Shown: positions 53,936 through 64,000, counted from the first letter of the stretch. The stretch is DNA of 64,000 nt from Anaerovorax odorimutans (GCA_016841185.1 JAENZQ010000001.1:10364-74363), one strand, 5' to 3'. The notes: a model not told the origin generated them from the sequence alone. Numbers and translations are program-made.

Positions 53936-55198
53936 CTAATTCCCTAAAAGATAATATTTAAAACCAATTTTTTCCACATGATTTCTGTCGACAAAATTAC
54001 GTGTATCAAAAATATTCCTGTTTCTCATAAGTTTATATATCAAATCGAAATCTATTTCTTCAAACTCTTTATGATTGACACCCAATAATAGTAAATCGCT
54101 CTCTTTTACGGCAGATTCCAAATCATGAACAGGATAGGAATATTTCTTTGCTTGTGAATCAACTATCTTAAAATCATATTGAGGGTCTTTTTTTATCAAT
54201 TCAATCAAATGAACAATTGGGCTTTCTCTGATATCGTCGACATCCGGTTTATATGTCATCCCCAGAATCGTAACAGCTTTCTTTCCTTTTATATCCTTGA
54301 GTATATCTTTTATTGTTTCAAAAACATGCTGCGGCATGTCATTGTTTATTTCTCTGGCGTCCCGAATCAGTTTGGAGTCTTCATAAAACTTTTCTATGAT
54401 AAACCACGGATCCACTGCAATACAATGACCGCCTACCCCAGGCCCAGGCTGATGAATATTAACTCTTGGATGTTTATTGCATAATGCAATAACTTCCCAG
54501 GCATTCACACCACTTTTTTCACATATCATGGCCAACTCATTTGCAAGTGCAATATTAACATCTCTAAAGGTATTTTCCATCAATTTGCACATCTCAGCTG
54601 TCATGGCATCTGTAAGAAATATTTCTCCCCGGACAAAGGTCTTATATAAATCACTTACAATCTCTGCGGATTTTTTATTGATTCCCCCGACGATTCGATT
54701 ATTCTCTACCAACTCAATAAGTATTTTACCGGGTAATACACGTTCCGGAGAATGCGCAATAAAAATCTGTTCTCCTATAGTTAATCCGGATTTACTTAAT
54801 ATTGGGGCTATTACATTTTCAACTGTACCCGGAGGTGAAGTAGATTCAAGAATAACAACATTTCCTTCTTTAAGATAAGGCACAATTGCTTGAGTTGAAG
54901 AAATGACATAAGACAAATCTGCTTTTTTTTCCATAGTAATAGGTGTTGGTACCGCAATAATAAAAACATCGGCATTTTCCGGTTCTTTTTTTCCTATCAA
55001 ATTTCCTGATGAAACTGCAGCTTGAACAAGAATATCAAGATAGGGTTCATTAATTGTTATTTTCCCTTGGTTTAGAGCCGATAAAATCTCTTCTTTTACA
55101 TCTACTCCAATAATTTGATGTCCGTGGGTGGCAAACATTGCTGCAGTTGGCAGCCCAATGTATCCCAATCCAAAAATACATATTTTTTTTCTATTCAA
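53936..55198 (-). CDS. Nucleotide-sugar 6-dehydrogenase (UDP-N-acetyl-hexosamine dehydrogenase, WecC/Cap5O/WbpA family)
   Basis: Rossmann N-terminus ..KICIFGLGYIGLPTAAMFATHGHQIIGVDV.. and catalytic region ..PGPGVGGHCIAVDP... Confidence 0.85.
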   Translation of the reverse strand: MNRKKICIFGLGYIGLPTAAMFATHGHQIIGVDVKEEILSALNQGKITINEPYLDILVQAAVSSGNLIGKKEPENADVFIIAVPTPITMEKKADLSYVISSTQAIVPYLKEGNVVILESTSPPGTVENVIAPILSKSGLTIGEQIFIAHSPERVLPGKILIELVENNRIVGGINKKSAEIVSDLYKTFVRGEIFLTDAMTAEMCKLMENTFRDVNIALANELAMICEKSGVNAWEVIALCNKHPRVNIHQPGPGVGGHCIAVDPWFIIEKFYEDSKLIRDAREINNDMPQHVFETIKDILKDIKGKKAVTILGMTYKPDVDDIRESPIVHLIELIKKDPQYDFKIVDSQAKKYSYPVHDLESAVKESDLLLLGVNHKEFEEIDFDLIYKLMRNRNIFDTRNFVDRNHVEKIGFKYYLLGN

Positions 55199-55292
55199 CT
55201 CAAAACCCCCATATTATTTCAATTCAAACCAATTTGATTCTAAATATTTTTACGCAAGATATTATTCTTATTTTTTTCTTTGTATTTTCGAA

Positions 55293-56036
55293 TTAGTCAT
55301 TGCTTTTTACTTTTCCGCTGGTAATCCTGATTCCGGAATTCTTATATTCAAAAGAAGTTTTAAGACGGTCGTAATTATAATTCATAATATAATAGTCTTT
55401 ATACTCCGATTTTTCGACCTTATTTAGAATGATTCCGAGTACCTTAGCATTCAATTTATCCAATTGTGTTCTCACCCTCGATATGGCACGATAATGTGTA
55501 GATTTCCATTTTGCAAGTAAGATTACGCCATCTGCCTTTGATGCAATAACGCCTCCGTCAATGTAGCTTCCCATTGCCGGTGTATCAATAATGATAAAAT
55601 CAAATTCTTCTTTTGCCCGTTTAAGTATTTTGTCAAAAATGGGAGATGACAGGAATTCTGTCGGATATGGCGGCTTTGTTCCAGATGTAAGAATAAATAA
55701 ATTATCAATGTTTGTTCTTGATATTCCATCATCAAACTCTGCATGTCCGGCAATTATATCCGATAGGCCGATAACATCTTGATGGGCTAAATGCTTATAT
55801 TTCATCGGCTTTCTTAAATCTCCATCAATCAAAAGCACTTTTAGTCCTGAGTTTATCATGGATATTGCAAGATTAATACTTGTGGTGGTCTTGCCATCCA
55901 TATGATCCGTACTTACAATTGTAACGGTTTTTACATCTTTATCAAATGAACAATATTGAATATTAGTTTTTAATACTCTGTAAGCTTCTTTGGCAGGTTC
56001 ATTTAATTTCTCTTTTACATTAAACGCACTTGGCAT
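55293..56036 (-). CDS. BY-kinase catalytic subunit (CpsD/CapB/YwqD-type tyrosine kinase)
   Basis: Walker A-like ..VSTDHMDGKTTTSINLA.., Walker A'/B (..LLIDGDLRKP.., ..FIIIDTPA..), Tyr-rich C-terminus ..EYKDYYIMNYNYD..FEYKN... Confidence 0.85.
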   Translation of the reverse strand: MPSAFNVKEKLNEPAKEAYRVLKTNIQYCSFDKDVKTVTIVSTDHMDGKTTTSINLAISMINSGLKVLLIDGDLRKPMKYKHLAHQDVIGLSDIIAGHAEFDDGISRTNIDNLFILTSGTKPPYPTEFLSSPIFDKILKRAKEEFDFIIIDTPAMGSYIDGGVIASKADGVILLAKWKSTHYRAISRVRTQLDKLNAKVLGIILNKVEKSEYKDYYIMNYNYDRLKTSFEYKNSGIRITSGKVKSND

Positions 56037-56049
56037 TGTATATTACTCC

Positions 56050-56739
56050 TTACTTTATTTTTAAGTCCGGGATAATACCCAGGACCGAAAGTCCAAGTTT
56101 TCTTTCTAATTCCTCGGTGGATTTTATAGAATCATCTAAGTATTCAACAGCAAGTAAAGTAATAAAGGCTATTAAAAGTCCTCCAAAAGCAGCAAGAAAA
56201 ATATTCATTTTCACTCTTGGAAAAATGAAATCGTTGGGAAGGTTAGCAGAATCAATAATTTTTACGTTTCTGTCATTAAATAATTGAAATACCTTTTCCT
56301 CAAAAACTTCACTGACTTTATCCGCGATTTTTTGGGCTTCTTCCGGAGTTCTGCCTTTAACCCTTATTTCTATGATACTTGTTTCATTTTTAGATTCTAC
56401 AGTAATTTTTTTTGCTAATTCTGATGCTGTCATATCCGTCATCTTCAGCTCATTGATTACTTTATCGGTAACAGTTCTGCTTTTGATTATTTCTTCATAA
56501 TCCTTTACCAATTGTTTTCCTACTAATAAGTTATAATATTCCAATGCAGAATTATTCTCATCATCACTGGAAGGATCATTGACAACCATCAGGCTGACAT
56601 TGGATTCATATACAGGCACTAAAAAATATTCACTTAAATACCATGCAACTGTTATTGCAATGGAAGGAATAAGTATGATTATCCAAATCCTTTTCCAGAA
56701 TATTTTTATATACTTACGAAGTTCAGTTCTCATCATCAT
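56050..56739 (-). CDS. Wzz/CpsC/YwqC-type chain-length determinant (BY-kinase transmembrane modulator)
   Basis: Two TM segments flanking an extracytoplasmic domain, directly upstream of the kinase gene. Confidence 0.8.
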   Translation of the reverse strand: MMMRTELRKYIKIFWKRIWIIILIPSIAITVAWYLSEYFLVPVYESNVSLMVVNDPSSDDENNSALEYYNLLVGKQLVKDYEEIIKSRTVTDKVINELKMTDMTASELAKKITVESKNETSIIEIRVKGRTPEEAQKIADKVSEVFEEKVFQLFNDRNVKIIDSANLPNDFIFPRVKMNIFLAAFGGLLIAFITLLAVEYLDDSIKSTEELERKLGLSVLGIIPDLKIK

Positions 56740-56947
56740 TCCCCCGGTTTTTTAATATAAAGTAATAAAATAATTATATCCAACCAAATTCCCTTTGTAA
56801 AGGTAATTTCAATTTACTTCCATTCCATACTTCTATATACTTTTCTTCTTAAAGATTAATAAAATATGATATAATATTAAAGTTAACTTAAATATTTCAT
56901 TAAATTTTACGATAATATATATTACCTTATATTATAGGGGGAATACC

Positions 56948-58303
56948 ATGTATCGATCGAATAGACAAGTCAATTTAAATATATCGCAGTATATATATGA
57001 TATTGCCTGCATCATTATTTCCTATTATATTGCATATTATGTTGCCAAAAGGCTTACAACACTTTATGACATTCATTTTTATATGTGGATTTTGATCGTT
57101 GACATTCCCATATGGGTTTTTACTATGAGTGATCTGGGAATGTACGATACAACTACATTTAAATACAAAGACCGTTTATTGAAAAATATACTCTTTTCTT
57201 CTTTGGTAGCCGGAATAATTGTTGCTGCTATGATATTTTTTATTAAAGAAACACTATTCAGCAGAATTATGTATGCAAGTTTTATGATCATAAGCGTTAC
57301 AATACTGGTTATTGAACGCTTTCTGCTTACATATTATATTCAAAGACATGGAAGCAACGGATATAAGAAAATAATCATCGTCGGGGAAGAAAAAATAGCT
57401 GAAAAATTTATATACTATTTAGATAAGACCAATCTAAAGATCAAAGTAGTTGAATATATACCTGTAAGCAAAGTTAAAGAAGTTCTTGACTTGAAAGATA
57501 AGGTTGTAGATGAAATCATATTCGCCGTATCAAAAGAATATCTGAGCATGGTAGAAGAATATGCTTTGGATTGTGAAGAAATGGGAATCTCGGTAAGTAT
57601 GGTTTTAGAGCTTTATGATTTTAAAGTTGCTAAAACATGTCTGACAAGCATTGGCACACTTCCCATGCTTACATTTCATACTGTTAGTTTTAATAAATTG
57701 CAGTTGTCTATAAAAAGATTTATTGATATTATAGGGGCATTATCAGGTCTCTTTATTACCGCAGTTATTTCTGTTTTTATTATTCCTGCAATCAAATTGG
57801 ACTCTCCTGGACCCATTCTATTCTCGCAAGATAGGGTAGGAGTCAATGGACGTATCTTTAAGCTGTATAAATTCCGTTCAATGACAGTTGATGCAGAGTC
57901 TATGAAAAAGCAATTATTATCCTATAATGAAGTCAATAGTGAACTCATGTTTAAAATCAAAAATGATCCACGGATTACTAAAGTAGGAAAGTTCTTAAGG
58001 ACAACAAGCTTAGATGAATTTCCACAATTCATAAATGTATTAAAAGGAGAAATGAGTCTGGTAGGTACACGGCCTCCTACTATAGAAGAAGTAAATAAAT
58101 ATGAAAAGCATCATCGAAGGAGAATCAGCATAAAACCCGGTATAACAGGAATGTGGCAGGTTCATGGAAGAAGCCAGATTACCGATTTTAATGAAGTCGT
58201 CAAATTAGATACTCAATATATTGATAATTGGTCTGTTTTTCTGGATATCAAAATTATATTTCAAACTTTTATGGTATTGATTACAAGAAAAGGTGCCATG
58301 TAA
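56948..58303 (+). CDS. Polyprenyl-phosphate glycosyl-1-phosphate transferase (WbaP/CpsE/EpsL-type priming sugar transferase)
   Basis: C-terminal bacterial sugar transferase domain ..KRFIDIIGA..PGPILFSQDRVG..GRIFKLYKFRSM..DEFPQFINVLKGEMSLVGTRP... Confidence 0.85.
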   Translation: MYRSNRQVNLNISQYIYDIACIIISYYIAYYVAKRLTTLYDIHFYMWILIVDIPIWVFTMSDLGMYDTTTFKYKDRLLKNILFSSLVAGIIVAAMIFFIKETLFSRIMYASFMIISVTILVIERFLLTYYIQRHGSNGYKKIIIVGEEKIAEKFIYYLDKTNLKIKVVEYIPVSKVKEVLDLKDKVVDEIIFAVSKEYLSMVEEYALDCEEMGISVSMVLELYDFKVAKTCLTSIGTLPMLTFHTVSFNKLQLSIKRFIDIIGALSGLFITAVISVFIIPAIKLDSPGPILFSQDRVGVNGRIFKLYKFRSMTVDAESMKKQLLSYNEVNSELMFKIKNDPRITKVGKFLRTTSLDEFPQFINVLKGEMSLVGTRPPTIEEVNKYEKHHRRRISIKPGITGMWQVHGRSQITDFNEVVKLDTQYIDNWSVFLDIKIIFQTFMVLITRKGAM

Positions 58304-58356
58304 CAGTACGACACTTTGAAAAGTGTATAATTGATGAATAAGAATGGGGATCTGAA

Positions 58357-59349
58357 ATGAAAAATAAAATGTCTAAATTAGCTAAAACAGGTATCGTTTT
58401 GGGTATATTATTAATAGGTGGGTTTATATTTTTTAAATCCACATCCGGAATTATAGATTACAGCTCAATATTGTTTAATTTTTTTACTGATTCTACGGAC
58501 TACAAAGAAGAACTTGCCGTTGAAAAGGAAGAGATAATGCAGGAGCAAAAAACAGAAGAAACAGAAGATAACCTGGATTTCGATAAATCCTATATTATTA
58601 ATTTATTATTCTTAGGAATCGACAGGACAATAGAACGAGATACCGGAAAAGACGGGATATATCGCACTGATACACTATCATTAATAAGAATCGATTTAAA
58701 TACCAAGAGAATTAAAGTATTATCTATTCCAAGGGATACTTATACTTTTATCCCTATAGAAAATAAAAAAGATAAAATCAATCATGCATACGCCTACGGA
58801 CTGATTAATGATAAAGGAATAGAAGCCAGTATAGAAGCTGTTGACAGCCTCTTGAAATATGGAACCGTCGATTACTATTTTGCCCTTGATATCAAGCCTA
58901 TCCCTGAAATTGTTGATGCTGTAGGAGGTATTGAAATTGATGTGGAAATGGACATGAAAAACTGGGAAACCAACCTGTCTAAAGGGCTGCAGGTTTTAGA
59001 CGGTGAGAAAGCTTATCAATACATTCATTGGCGTTATTCAAGCGGCGGTGATATAGATAGAATTAAGCGGCAGCAAAAATTCATCAAAGCTCTTTATCAA
59101 AAACTAAAAGAATCAAACCAATTGGTAGAAATAGCAAAAATAGTTCTATCTTATAAGGAGAACGTAAAGACGGATTTATCCATTAAACAAATATTGGGAT
59201 TAGCTAAATTATCCGGAGAATTATCTGAAGACAATATCAGCTATTATATGATTCCAGGAGCACCTAAAACAATTGACGGTATTTCTTATTGGGTACCGGA
59301 TGAAACAGAATCTGATAAAATCCTGAAAAACTTTTTTTCTTCCGAATAG
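58357..59349 (+). CDS. LytR-CpsA-Psr (LCP) family protein
   Basis: N-terminal TM anchor, ..NLLFLGIDR..RTDTLSLIRID..ISIPRDTY.. and ..GGIEIDV.. motifs. Confidence 0.85.
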   Translation: MKNKMSKLAKTGIVLGILLIGGFIFFKSTSGIIDYSSILFNFFTDSTDYKEELAVEKEEIMQEQKTEETEDNLDFDKSYIINLLFLGIDRTIERDTGKDGIYRTDTLSLIRIDLNTKRIKVLSIPRDTYTFIPIENKKDKINHAYAYGLINDKGIEASIEAVDSLLKYGTVDYYFALDIKPIPEIVDAVGGIEIDVEMDMKNWETNLSKGLQVLDGEKAYQYIHWRYSSGGDIDRIKRQQKFIKALYQKLKESNQLVEIAKIVLSYKENVKTDLSIKQILGLAKLSGELSEDNISYYMIPGAPKTIDGISYWVPDETESDKILKNFFSSE

Positions 59350-59390
59350 CGAGAATTTCGTTCTAACAAATTTATATCTATTATTTAAAA

Positions 59391-59417
59391 AAGAAGCATC
59401 AATTATTGATGCTTCTT
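59391..59417. terminator. Bidirectional intrinsic terminator between the LCP gene and the convergent isomerase gene
   Basis: AAGAAGCATCAA-TTA-TTGATGCTTCTT perfect 12-bp stem, with an A-run on the left and T-rich sequence on the right. Confidence 0.7.
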
Positions 59418-59457
59418 TAATCAAAATATATAAAAATGGGAGAGAGATATCTAATGT

Positions 59458-60246
59458 CTATTTTTCAGGCCAAATCTTAACATCTTTCTCTAACAGCCAC
59501 TTGTGCTGATCCTCGTTATCCCGGCTGGTCCATGGGTTATCATCCAGATGCCGGATCATCCAACAGTAAAACATGGCATACCCCGGTGCCGCGGCCTGAG
59601 GATGAGATGGACCGCCCGGAATGCATAAAATGCTGTTATGATTGATCTTATAGGCTTTTTCTCCAATAAATCCTGCACCGAAACCCTGTTCCTTATTAAA
59701 TTTATAAAGGTAAACTTCCGGTTGGGGATGTCCGTGGGGAATATAGCTGGACCATTTCCCCGGGTAATTGATTACCTCTCCAATTACCAGATTGGAATAA
59801 GGGGCATTAGAGTAATCAATAACAGTCCGAACCACTCTTCTGGCCGTGTCATTCCAGACGTTTTCACCGAATATATCGCTCTGACAGTCTTTTTGTGTAT
59901 AGAACACCGGTTCAAATTTTTTATCATTTGTTGTTTTCTGAATCAGTACTTCCGATTCTGCCTTTGTATCAATAGTCACTTTTATTCCTTTTGGTACATG
60001 AAGTACAATAGGGTTTTCTTCAAATACAGAATCTCTTTTGGCTTCTTTCTCCTGACTATTCCAATTGAATGTAATGTTGCCTGTCAGAAGCAAGAACACC
60101 GTTTCCTTTTCCTGATCCAGAAATTCTTCATGATCACCATGCTTCATTTTTTGTATGCCAATATCCATGAGCATGTTCTCATGCTTGTTTTTCATGTTTG
60201 TTAACTCATTGTATCCATATGAAAAACTTACAAAATTTTCAAGCAT
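59458..60246 (-). CDS. KduI/IolB-family isomerase (5-deoxy-glucuronate isomerase-like)
   Basis: ..GKWSSYIPHGHPQPEVYLY.. resembles the ..NWSSYPPHKH.. core of B. subtilis IolB as I recall it. Confidence 0.65.
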   Translation of the reverse strand: MLENFVSFSYGYNELTNMKNKHENMLMDIGIQKMKHGDHEEFLDQEKETVFLLLTGNITFNWNSQEKEAKRDSVFEENPIVLHVPKGIKVTIDTKAESEVLIQKTTNDKKFEPVFYTQKDCQSDIFGENVWNDTARRVVRTVIDYSNAPYSNLVIGEVINYPGKWSSYIPHGHPQPEVYLYKFNKEQGFGAGFIGEKAYKINHNSILCIPGGPSHPQAAAPGYAMFYCWMIRHLDDNPWTSRDNEDQHKWLLEKDVKIWPEK

Positions 60247-60257
60247 AGATCTTCTCC

Positions 60258-61304
60258 TTAATACTGAATCATGAACTTTCTTATGATTTTTACCAAATCA
60301 TCATATCCGCCTGCAAACTGATCCAGTGTTTTATTGACGGCACCATAAGTATCAAACGCTTCGACAGGCATACCTTCGTATGCTTTCGCAAAATCCGGAA
60401 CCTGAAGGAGCTGATTGATATAGTCAGGATTAACTTCATTGTCCATCCTTGCTTTTACTTCAATATTGGATTCGTTAAACATCTTCTGATATTTATATGG
60501 TATGGTCATTAAAATATCTCCGCCGATAAACTCCGACCAGTGATGATGGTTTCTGTAAGCCGCTGTCAGCAGCTTTGTCTTGTATCCTTTTTCCTTATAT
60601 ATTTTATAAGCTTTCTTAAAACATGCGATTCCTGCAAAATCCAAAGCAGCTGGGTCTAGGACCATCTTATCTCTTGCAACCACATATTTAATCCAGTCAT
60701 CCGTGCGCCCAATCATGATGGTACATACCGGATTGATTTTTGAGTTATCCAATCCTTCGGCTTCTCTTCTCTTCAATCCTTTTTCAACTGCTTCTGCAAC
60801 CGCAAGGGCCTGTGGCACTGTAAATGAAACTGTCGCATTGATACTAACCCCTTGATAGGTTGATTCTTCAAATGCCTTTATCCCGGCGGAAGTTACCGGC
60901 ATTTTTACCTGCATGTTTGGTGCAAGTGTTGAAAAGTGAACAGCTTGTTTCGCCAGTTTTTCCGAATTGTTAAAATACTTTGTATTCGTCTGTATGGAAA
61001 TTCTTCCGGTCCCCTTTGAAGGGTCGAATACAGGCTCCAACAGTTTCGCACCGTCCATCGCCATTTTTTCTATGACCATCCATGCAATCTCATCTTCAGA
61101 AGAGGTAGGATTATCATCTACTAAGCCTTTGATATAATCTTTATAACTGTCCAATTCACTGTCTAAAACATTTTTTACAATAACCGGATTGGTTGTAGCC
61201 CCTGTCGCACCTCTTTCTATGGCATAAGTCAATTCTTTTACAGAACATGAATCATTCCAATATTGTGTCGGGTATTTTTGTGTCATTTCCAATAGTTTAT
61301 CCAT
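60258..61304 (-). CDS. tal: Transaldolase
   Basis: ..YWNDSCSVKELTYAIERGATGATTNPVIV.. and ..ISIQTN.., ..QVKMPVT.. (Schiff-base Lys context). Confidence 0.8.
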   Translation of the reverse strand: MDKLLEMTQKYPTQYWNDSCSVKELTYAIERGATGATTNPVIVKNVLDSELDSYKDYIKGLVDDNPTSSEDEIAWMVIEKMAMDGAKLLEPVFDPSKGTGRISIQTNTKYFNNSEKLAKQAVHFSTLAPNMQVKMPVTSAGIKAFEESTYQGVSINATVSFTVPQALAVAEAVEKGLKRREAEGLDNSKINPVCTIMIGRTDDWIKYVVARDKMVLDPAALDFAGIACFKKAYKIYKEKGYKTKLLTAAYRNHHHWSEFIGGDILMTIPYKYQKMFNESNIEVKARMDNEVNPDYINQLLQVPDFAKAYEGMPVEAFDTYGAVNKTLDQFAGGYDDLVKIIRKFMIQY

Positions 61305-61490
61305 TTTTTTCCTCCTATTCTATCTTCGTAATGAAAGTTAATTTATATAATCACTTTTCTCTCTACTTTTACTTTCATTTACAAAGTGGCTGTTTTATCA
61401 GGCTTGGAGACCTGGTTCTATTTTACAACTTTTTCTGACTCTAACCTCTGCCCTTAACCTTAATCTATCTATAATTTCTATTCTATCTAT

Positions 61491-62522
61491 CTATTTCTTC
61501 TTAGCATTCTTTCTCATATCGATAATAACGGCCACAATAATAATGACGCCTTCTACGATTTGCTGCCAGTAAGCCTGAACACCTAATAATGTCAAGCCAT
61601 TTCTTAGTACGCTTAAGATCAGCGCACCGACAACTGCGCCCCAAACAGTACCGATACCACCTGTATGGCTTGTTCCTCCAATGGTAGTGGCAGCGATGGC
61701 TGTTAATTCATAACCCAGTGCGGCGCCCGGGTGAACACTTCCGACGCGGCCTGCAAAAACCAGTGCCGCTACACCGCAAGTCAAACCTGCAAAGGCATAT
61801 ATCATCACCAGGTTTTTCTTCACATTAACGCCTGATACTTCAGCAGCTTTGATATTTCCGCCGATGGCATAAATATTTTTACCAAAGCTGGTATGATTCA
61901 AAAGTATCCAGGTAATAAAAATCATTAATCCATAAATGATAACCGGAATAGGTATTGGTCCTATTTTATCTCCCAGGAACTTAATTCCAGGGATCAATTG
62001 GCTTACCGGTTTTCCGCCTGTATACATAAGGGTAAAACCTCTTGCAATGGTCATCATACCCAAAGTAGCAATAAACGCAGGAATTCCTGTAAAAGCAATC
62101 AATCCTCCATTGACCGCTCCCAGTAATGCACCGATAATAAGGGCGGCGAGAATAGGAACTAATACAGGCAGTTCTCCAAGGCTCGGAAAATACTTGGTTG
62201 TTGCAGTGGATACCTGACCCAGACTTGCAGCAACGATCCCCGCAAAAGCAAGCAAAGATCCTACTGAAAGGTCGATGCCTTTTGAAATAATAACAAAGGT
62301 CAATCCCAAAGCCATGATACCGTAAATGGCACTCTGTGCCAGAACATTAAACAGATTTTTAGGTGAAAGGAACTTTGGTTCTGCAACAGATATAACAACA
62401 ACAAGCAATATTAAAGCAACGATGATTCCATATTTTTTAAGAAGCTCTATATATCTTTCTATTTTTTCGTCTCTTTCTGATTTTTCTTTATTGTCTTTTA
62501 TTTTTTTTGTATCCTCAGCCAT
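61491..62522 (-). CDS. Sugar ABC transporter permease (ribose/CUT2 family)
   Basis: Polytopic. ..ISKGIDLSVGS.. and ..TGGKPV.. motifs typical of RbsC-like permeases. Confidence 0.85.
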   Translation of the reverse strand: MAEDTKKIKDNKEKSERDEKIERYIELLKKYGIIVALILLVVVISVAEPKFLSPKNLFNVLAQSAIYGIMALGLTFVIISKGIDLSVGSLLAFAGIVAASLGQVSTATTKYFPSLGELPVLVPILAALIIGALLGAVNGGLIAFTGIPAFIATLGMMTIARGFTLMYTGGKPVSQLIPGIKFLGDKIGPIPIPVIIYGLMIFITWILLNHTSFGKNIYAIGGNIKAAEVSGVNVKKNLVMIYAFAGLTCGVAALVFAGRVGSVHPGAALGYELTAIAATTIGGTSHTGGIGTVWGAVVGALILSVLRNGLTLLGVQAYWQQIVEGVIIIVAVIIDMRKNAKKK

Positions 62523-62538
62523 TTATTTCTCACTCCCT

Positions 62539-64000
62539 TCAATTATTAGGCAAGCTTGTAGCTTGACCTGTAGCATAAAGCATTAATTCTTCCTGAGTTA
62601 AATCCTTATGATTATCTATAATACCGGTAACTTTTCCTTCGTGCATCACCATAATTCTATCACTCATGCCCATTATTTCAGGGAGCTCGGAGGAAATCAT
62701 AATAATACTTTTACCCTGACCTGCCAGAGTAGAAATAAGCCTGTGGATTTCAGCTTTTGCACCGACATCAATCCCTCTTGTGGGTTCATCCAGTATCAAA
62801 ATTTCAGGCTCTGTCATCAGCCACCGTGCTACCAAAACCTTCTGCTGATTTCCACCGCTGAGATTTTCTATTTTTTGATAAATGTTAGGTGTCTTTATTT
62901 TGATAATATCTACAAACTTATTGACATCTTCTGTTGCTTTCTTATGATCAAAAAGTTTTGATTTCTTAACATATTTATCGATGTTGGCCATAAAGGCATT
63001 CTGAAAAACCGTAAGCATAGGGAAAATCCCATTTAATCTTCTGTCTTCTGTAAGGAGTGCAATTTTATTCACCTTGGCATCCTGAGGTGAATTAATCATG
63101 ACTTCCTTTCCGTCTATTTTCACCTGTCCGGACATCCTGGTTCTGAGTCCAAACAGGGTTTCTATCACTTCAGTTCGTCCGGCTCCAACCAAGCCGGCTA
63201 CCCCTAATATTTCTCCTTTACGTACATTAAAGGATACATTTTTGAAATGGCTTCTGTCTGAAAGCTTACTAACTTCCAACTTTATGTCTCCAATGGGGCA
63301 TTCTACTTTGGGGAACATTTCATCTATATCTCTGCCAACCATCATTTTGATTAGTTTGGCTGTGTCCATCTTATCCGTATCTTCCGTACCGATATATTTA
63401 CCGTCACGGTAGACACTTACCTTGTCGCTGATTTCAAAGATTTCATCTAACTTGTGGGATATATAAATGATTGACTTGCCTTCTTCTTTCAATTTTCTCA
63501 TGATACTAAAAAGCTGTTTGATTTCTTTATTGGTTAAAGCAGATGTGGGTTCATCCATTATAATCAATTTGGCATTATACGAAATAGCTTTTGCAATTTC
63601 TATCATCTGCATTTTAGCTACTGTTAAATCCACCATTAGTTTTTTGGGATCTTCATTTAAGTCGATCTTTTTAAGTACTTCCTTCGTCATCTCATACATC
63701 TTCTTATGATCCACCAAACCCAGTTTGGTTTTGGGCTCTCTCCCCAGCCAGATATTTTCTGCAATTGACCTGAATTCCACAGGGTTCAATTCCTGATGTA
63801 TCATAGAGATTCCAATTTTAAGGGCTTCTGCAGTATTGTAATTTTCTATAAGTTTTCCTTCAAAATATATCTGTCCTGATGTCTGAGGATGTATTCCAAT
63901 CAAACATTTCATAAGAGTGGATTTTCCGGCACCATTCTCACCCATTACCGCATGAATCTCTCCATAGCCGATATTTAGATCGACACCTTTTAAAGCCTTT
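62539..64000 (-). CDS. Sugar ABC transporter ATP-binding protein (duplicated ATPase, RbsA/CUT2 type), 5' end beyond the window
   Basis: Walker A GENGAGKST. The reading frame stays open upstream to the window edge (..KALKGVDLNIGYGEIHAVMGENGAGKST). Signature ..LSGGNQQKV.. and a second NBD are present. Confidence 0.85.
   Translation of the reverse strand, partial: KALKGVDLNIGYGEIHAVMGENGAGKSTLMKCLIGIHPQTSGQIYFEGKLIENYNTAEALKIGISMIHQELNPVEFRSIAENIWLGREPKTKLGLVDHKKMYEMTKEVLKKIDLNEDPKKLMVDLTVAKMQMIEIAKAISYNAKLIIMDEPTSALTNKEIKQLFSIMRKLKEEGKSIIYISHKLDEIFEISDKVSVYRDGKYIGTEDTDKMDTAKLIKMMVGRDIDEMFPKVECPIGDIKLEVSKLSDRSHFKNVSFNVRKGEILGVAGLVGAGRTEVIETLFGLRTRMSGQVKIDGKEVMINSPQDAKVNKIALLTEDRRLNGIFPMLTVFQNAFMANIDKYVKKSKLFDHKKATEDVNKFVDIIKIKTPNIYQKIENLSGGNQQKVLVARWLMTEPEILILDEPTRGIDVGAKAEIHRLISTLAGQGKSIIMISSELPEIMGMSDRIMVMHEGKVTGIIDNHKDLTQEELMLYATGQATSLPNN

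Noticed and set aside
56740-56947. Possible invertible (phase-variable) promoter between the divergent EPS operons
   Set aside because: Only trivial 5-bp complementary runs flank the region, and no recombinase gene is nearby. There is no convincing inverted-repeat pair.
40578-59349. The EPS/capsule locus itself as the novel system
   Set aside because: The gene content is a standard Wzx/Wzy-dependent pathway with BY-kinase, priming transferase and LCP. Only the riboswitch-controlled edge and a few enzymes look unusual.

Overview
This 64-kb window looks like a low-GC Firmicutes (Clostridia-like) chromosome; all calls were made by eye from the sequence and ORF track, with no searches run. It has four blocks.

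(1) 1-27.1 kb: a visibly more GC-rich, prophage-like mobile element, cut off at the left edge of the window.
- Nearly all its genes are on the minus strand. In order of transcription they are: a frameshifted SNF2 helicase, family A DNA polymerase, Bro/KilAC antirepressor, Prim-Pol primase-helicase, an iteron-like repeat block, VRR-NUC, a sigma/RinA-like regulator, HNH endonuclease, P27-type small terminase, two tandem ParB-DNA methyltransferases, and ICE-like cargo (DUF4314, amidoligase).
- A low-GC plus-strand Abi_2 gene is inserted among them.
- No integrase, large terminase or structural genes are in the window.

(2) 17.1-27.1 kb: the rumA-proximal end of the element carries what I consider the best candidate for an undescribed system.
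- A giant ImmA/IrrE-like HExxH protein is divergent from a small XRE HTH gene.
- The HTH gene is followed by an operon of three genes: a 1028-aa Type III Mod-like methyltransferase with a roughly 450-aa N-terminal extension, a 1066-aa Res-like SF2 helicase with a variant C-terminal PD..DxH nuclease-like motif, and a DUF3800 protein with a winged-helix-like tail.

(3) 27.4-35.2 kb: housekeeping genes. These are the RumA/RlmD rRNA methyltransferase, a Phd/YefM-Uma2 fusion, a P-type ATPase, a CMD-family protein, a thioesterase and an acyl-CoA ligase.

(4) 35.4-59.4 kb: a very AT-rich exopolysaccharide/capsule locus.
- It encodes Wzx, Wzy, glycosyltransferases, DegT aminotransferases, a sugar dehydrogenase, acyltransferases, an AsnB-like protein, CpsC/CpsD, the priming transferase and an LCP protein.
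- The second main highlight is here: four tandem c-di-GMP-I (GEMM-I) riboswitch-like aptamers behind one strong promoter. They are split 2+2 by a 26-codon signal-peptide-like sORF and lead into a secreted beta-helix protein gene.

59.5-64 kb holds an IolB/KduI-like isomerase, a transaldolase and a sugar ABC transporter, truncated at the right edge.
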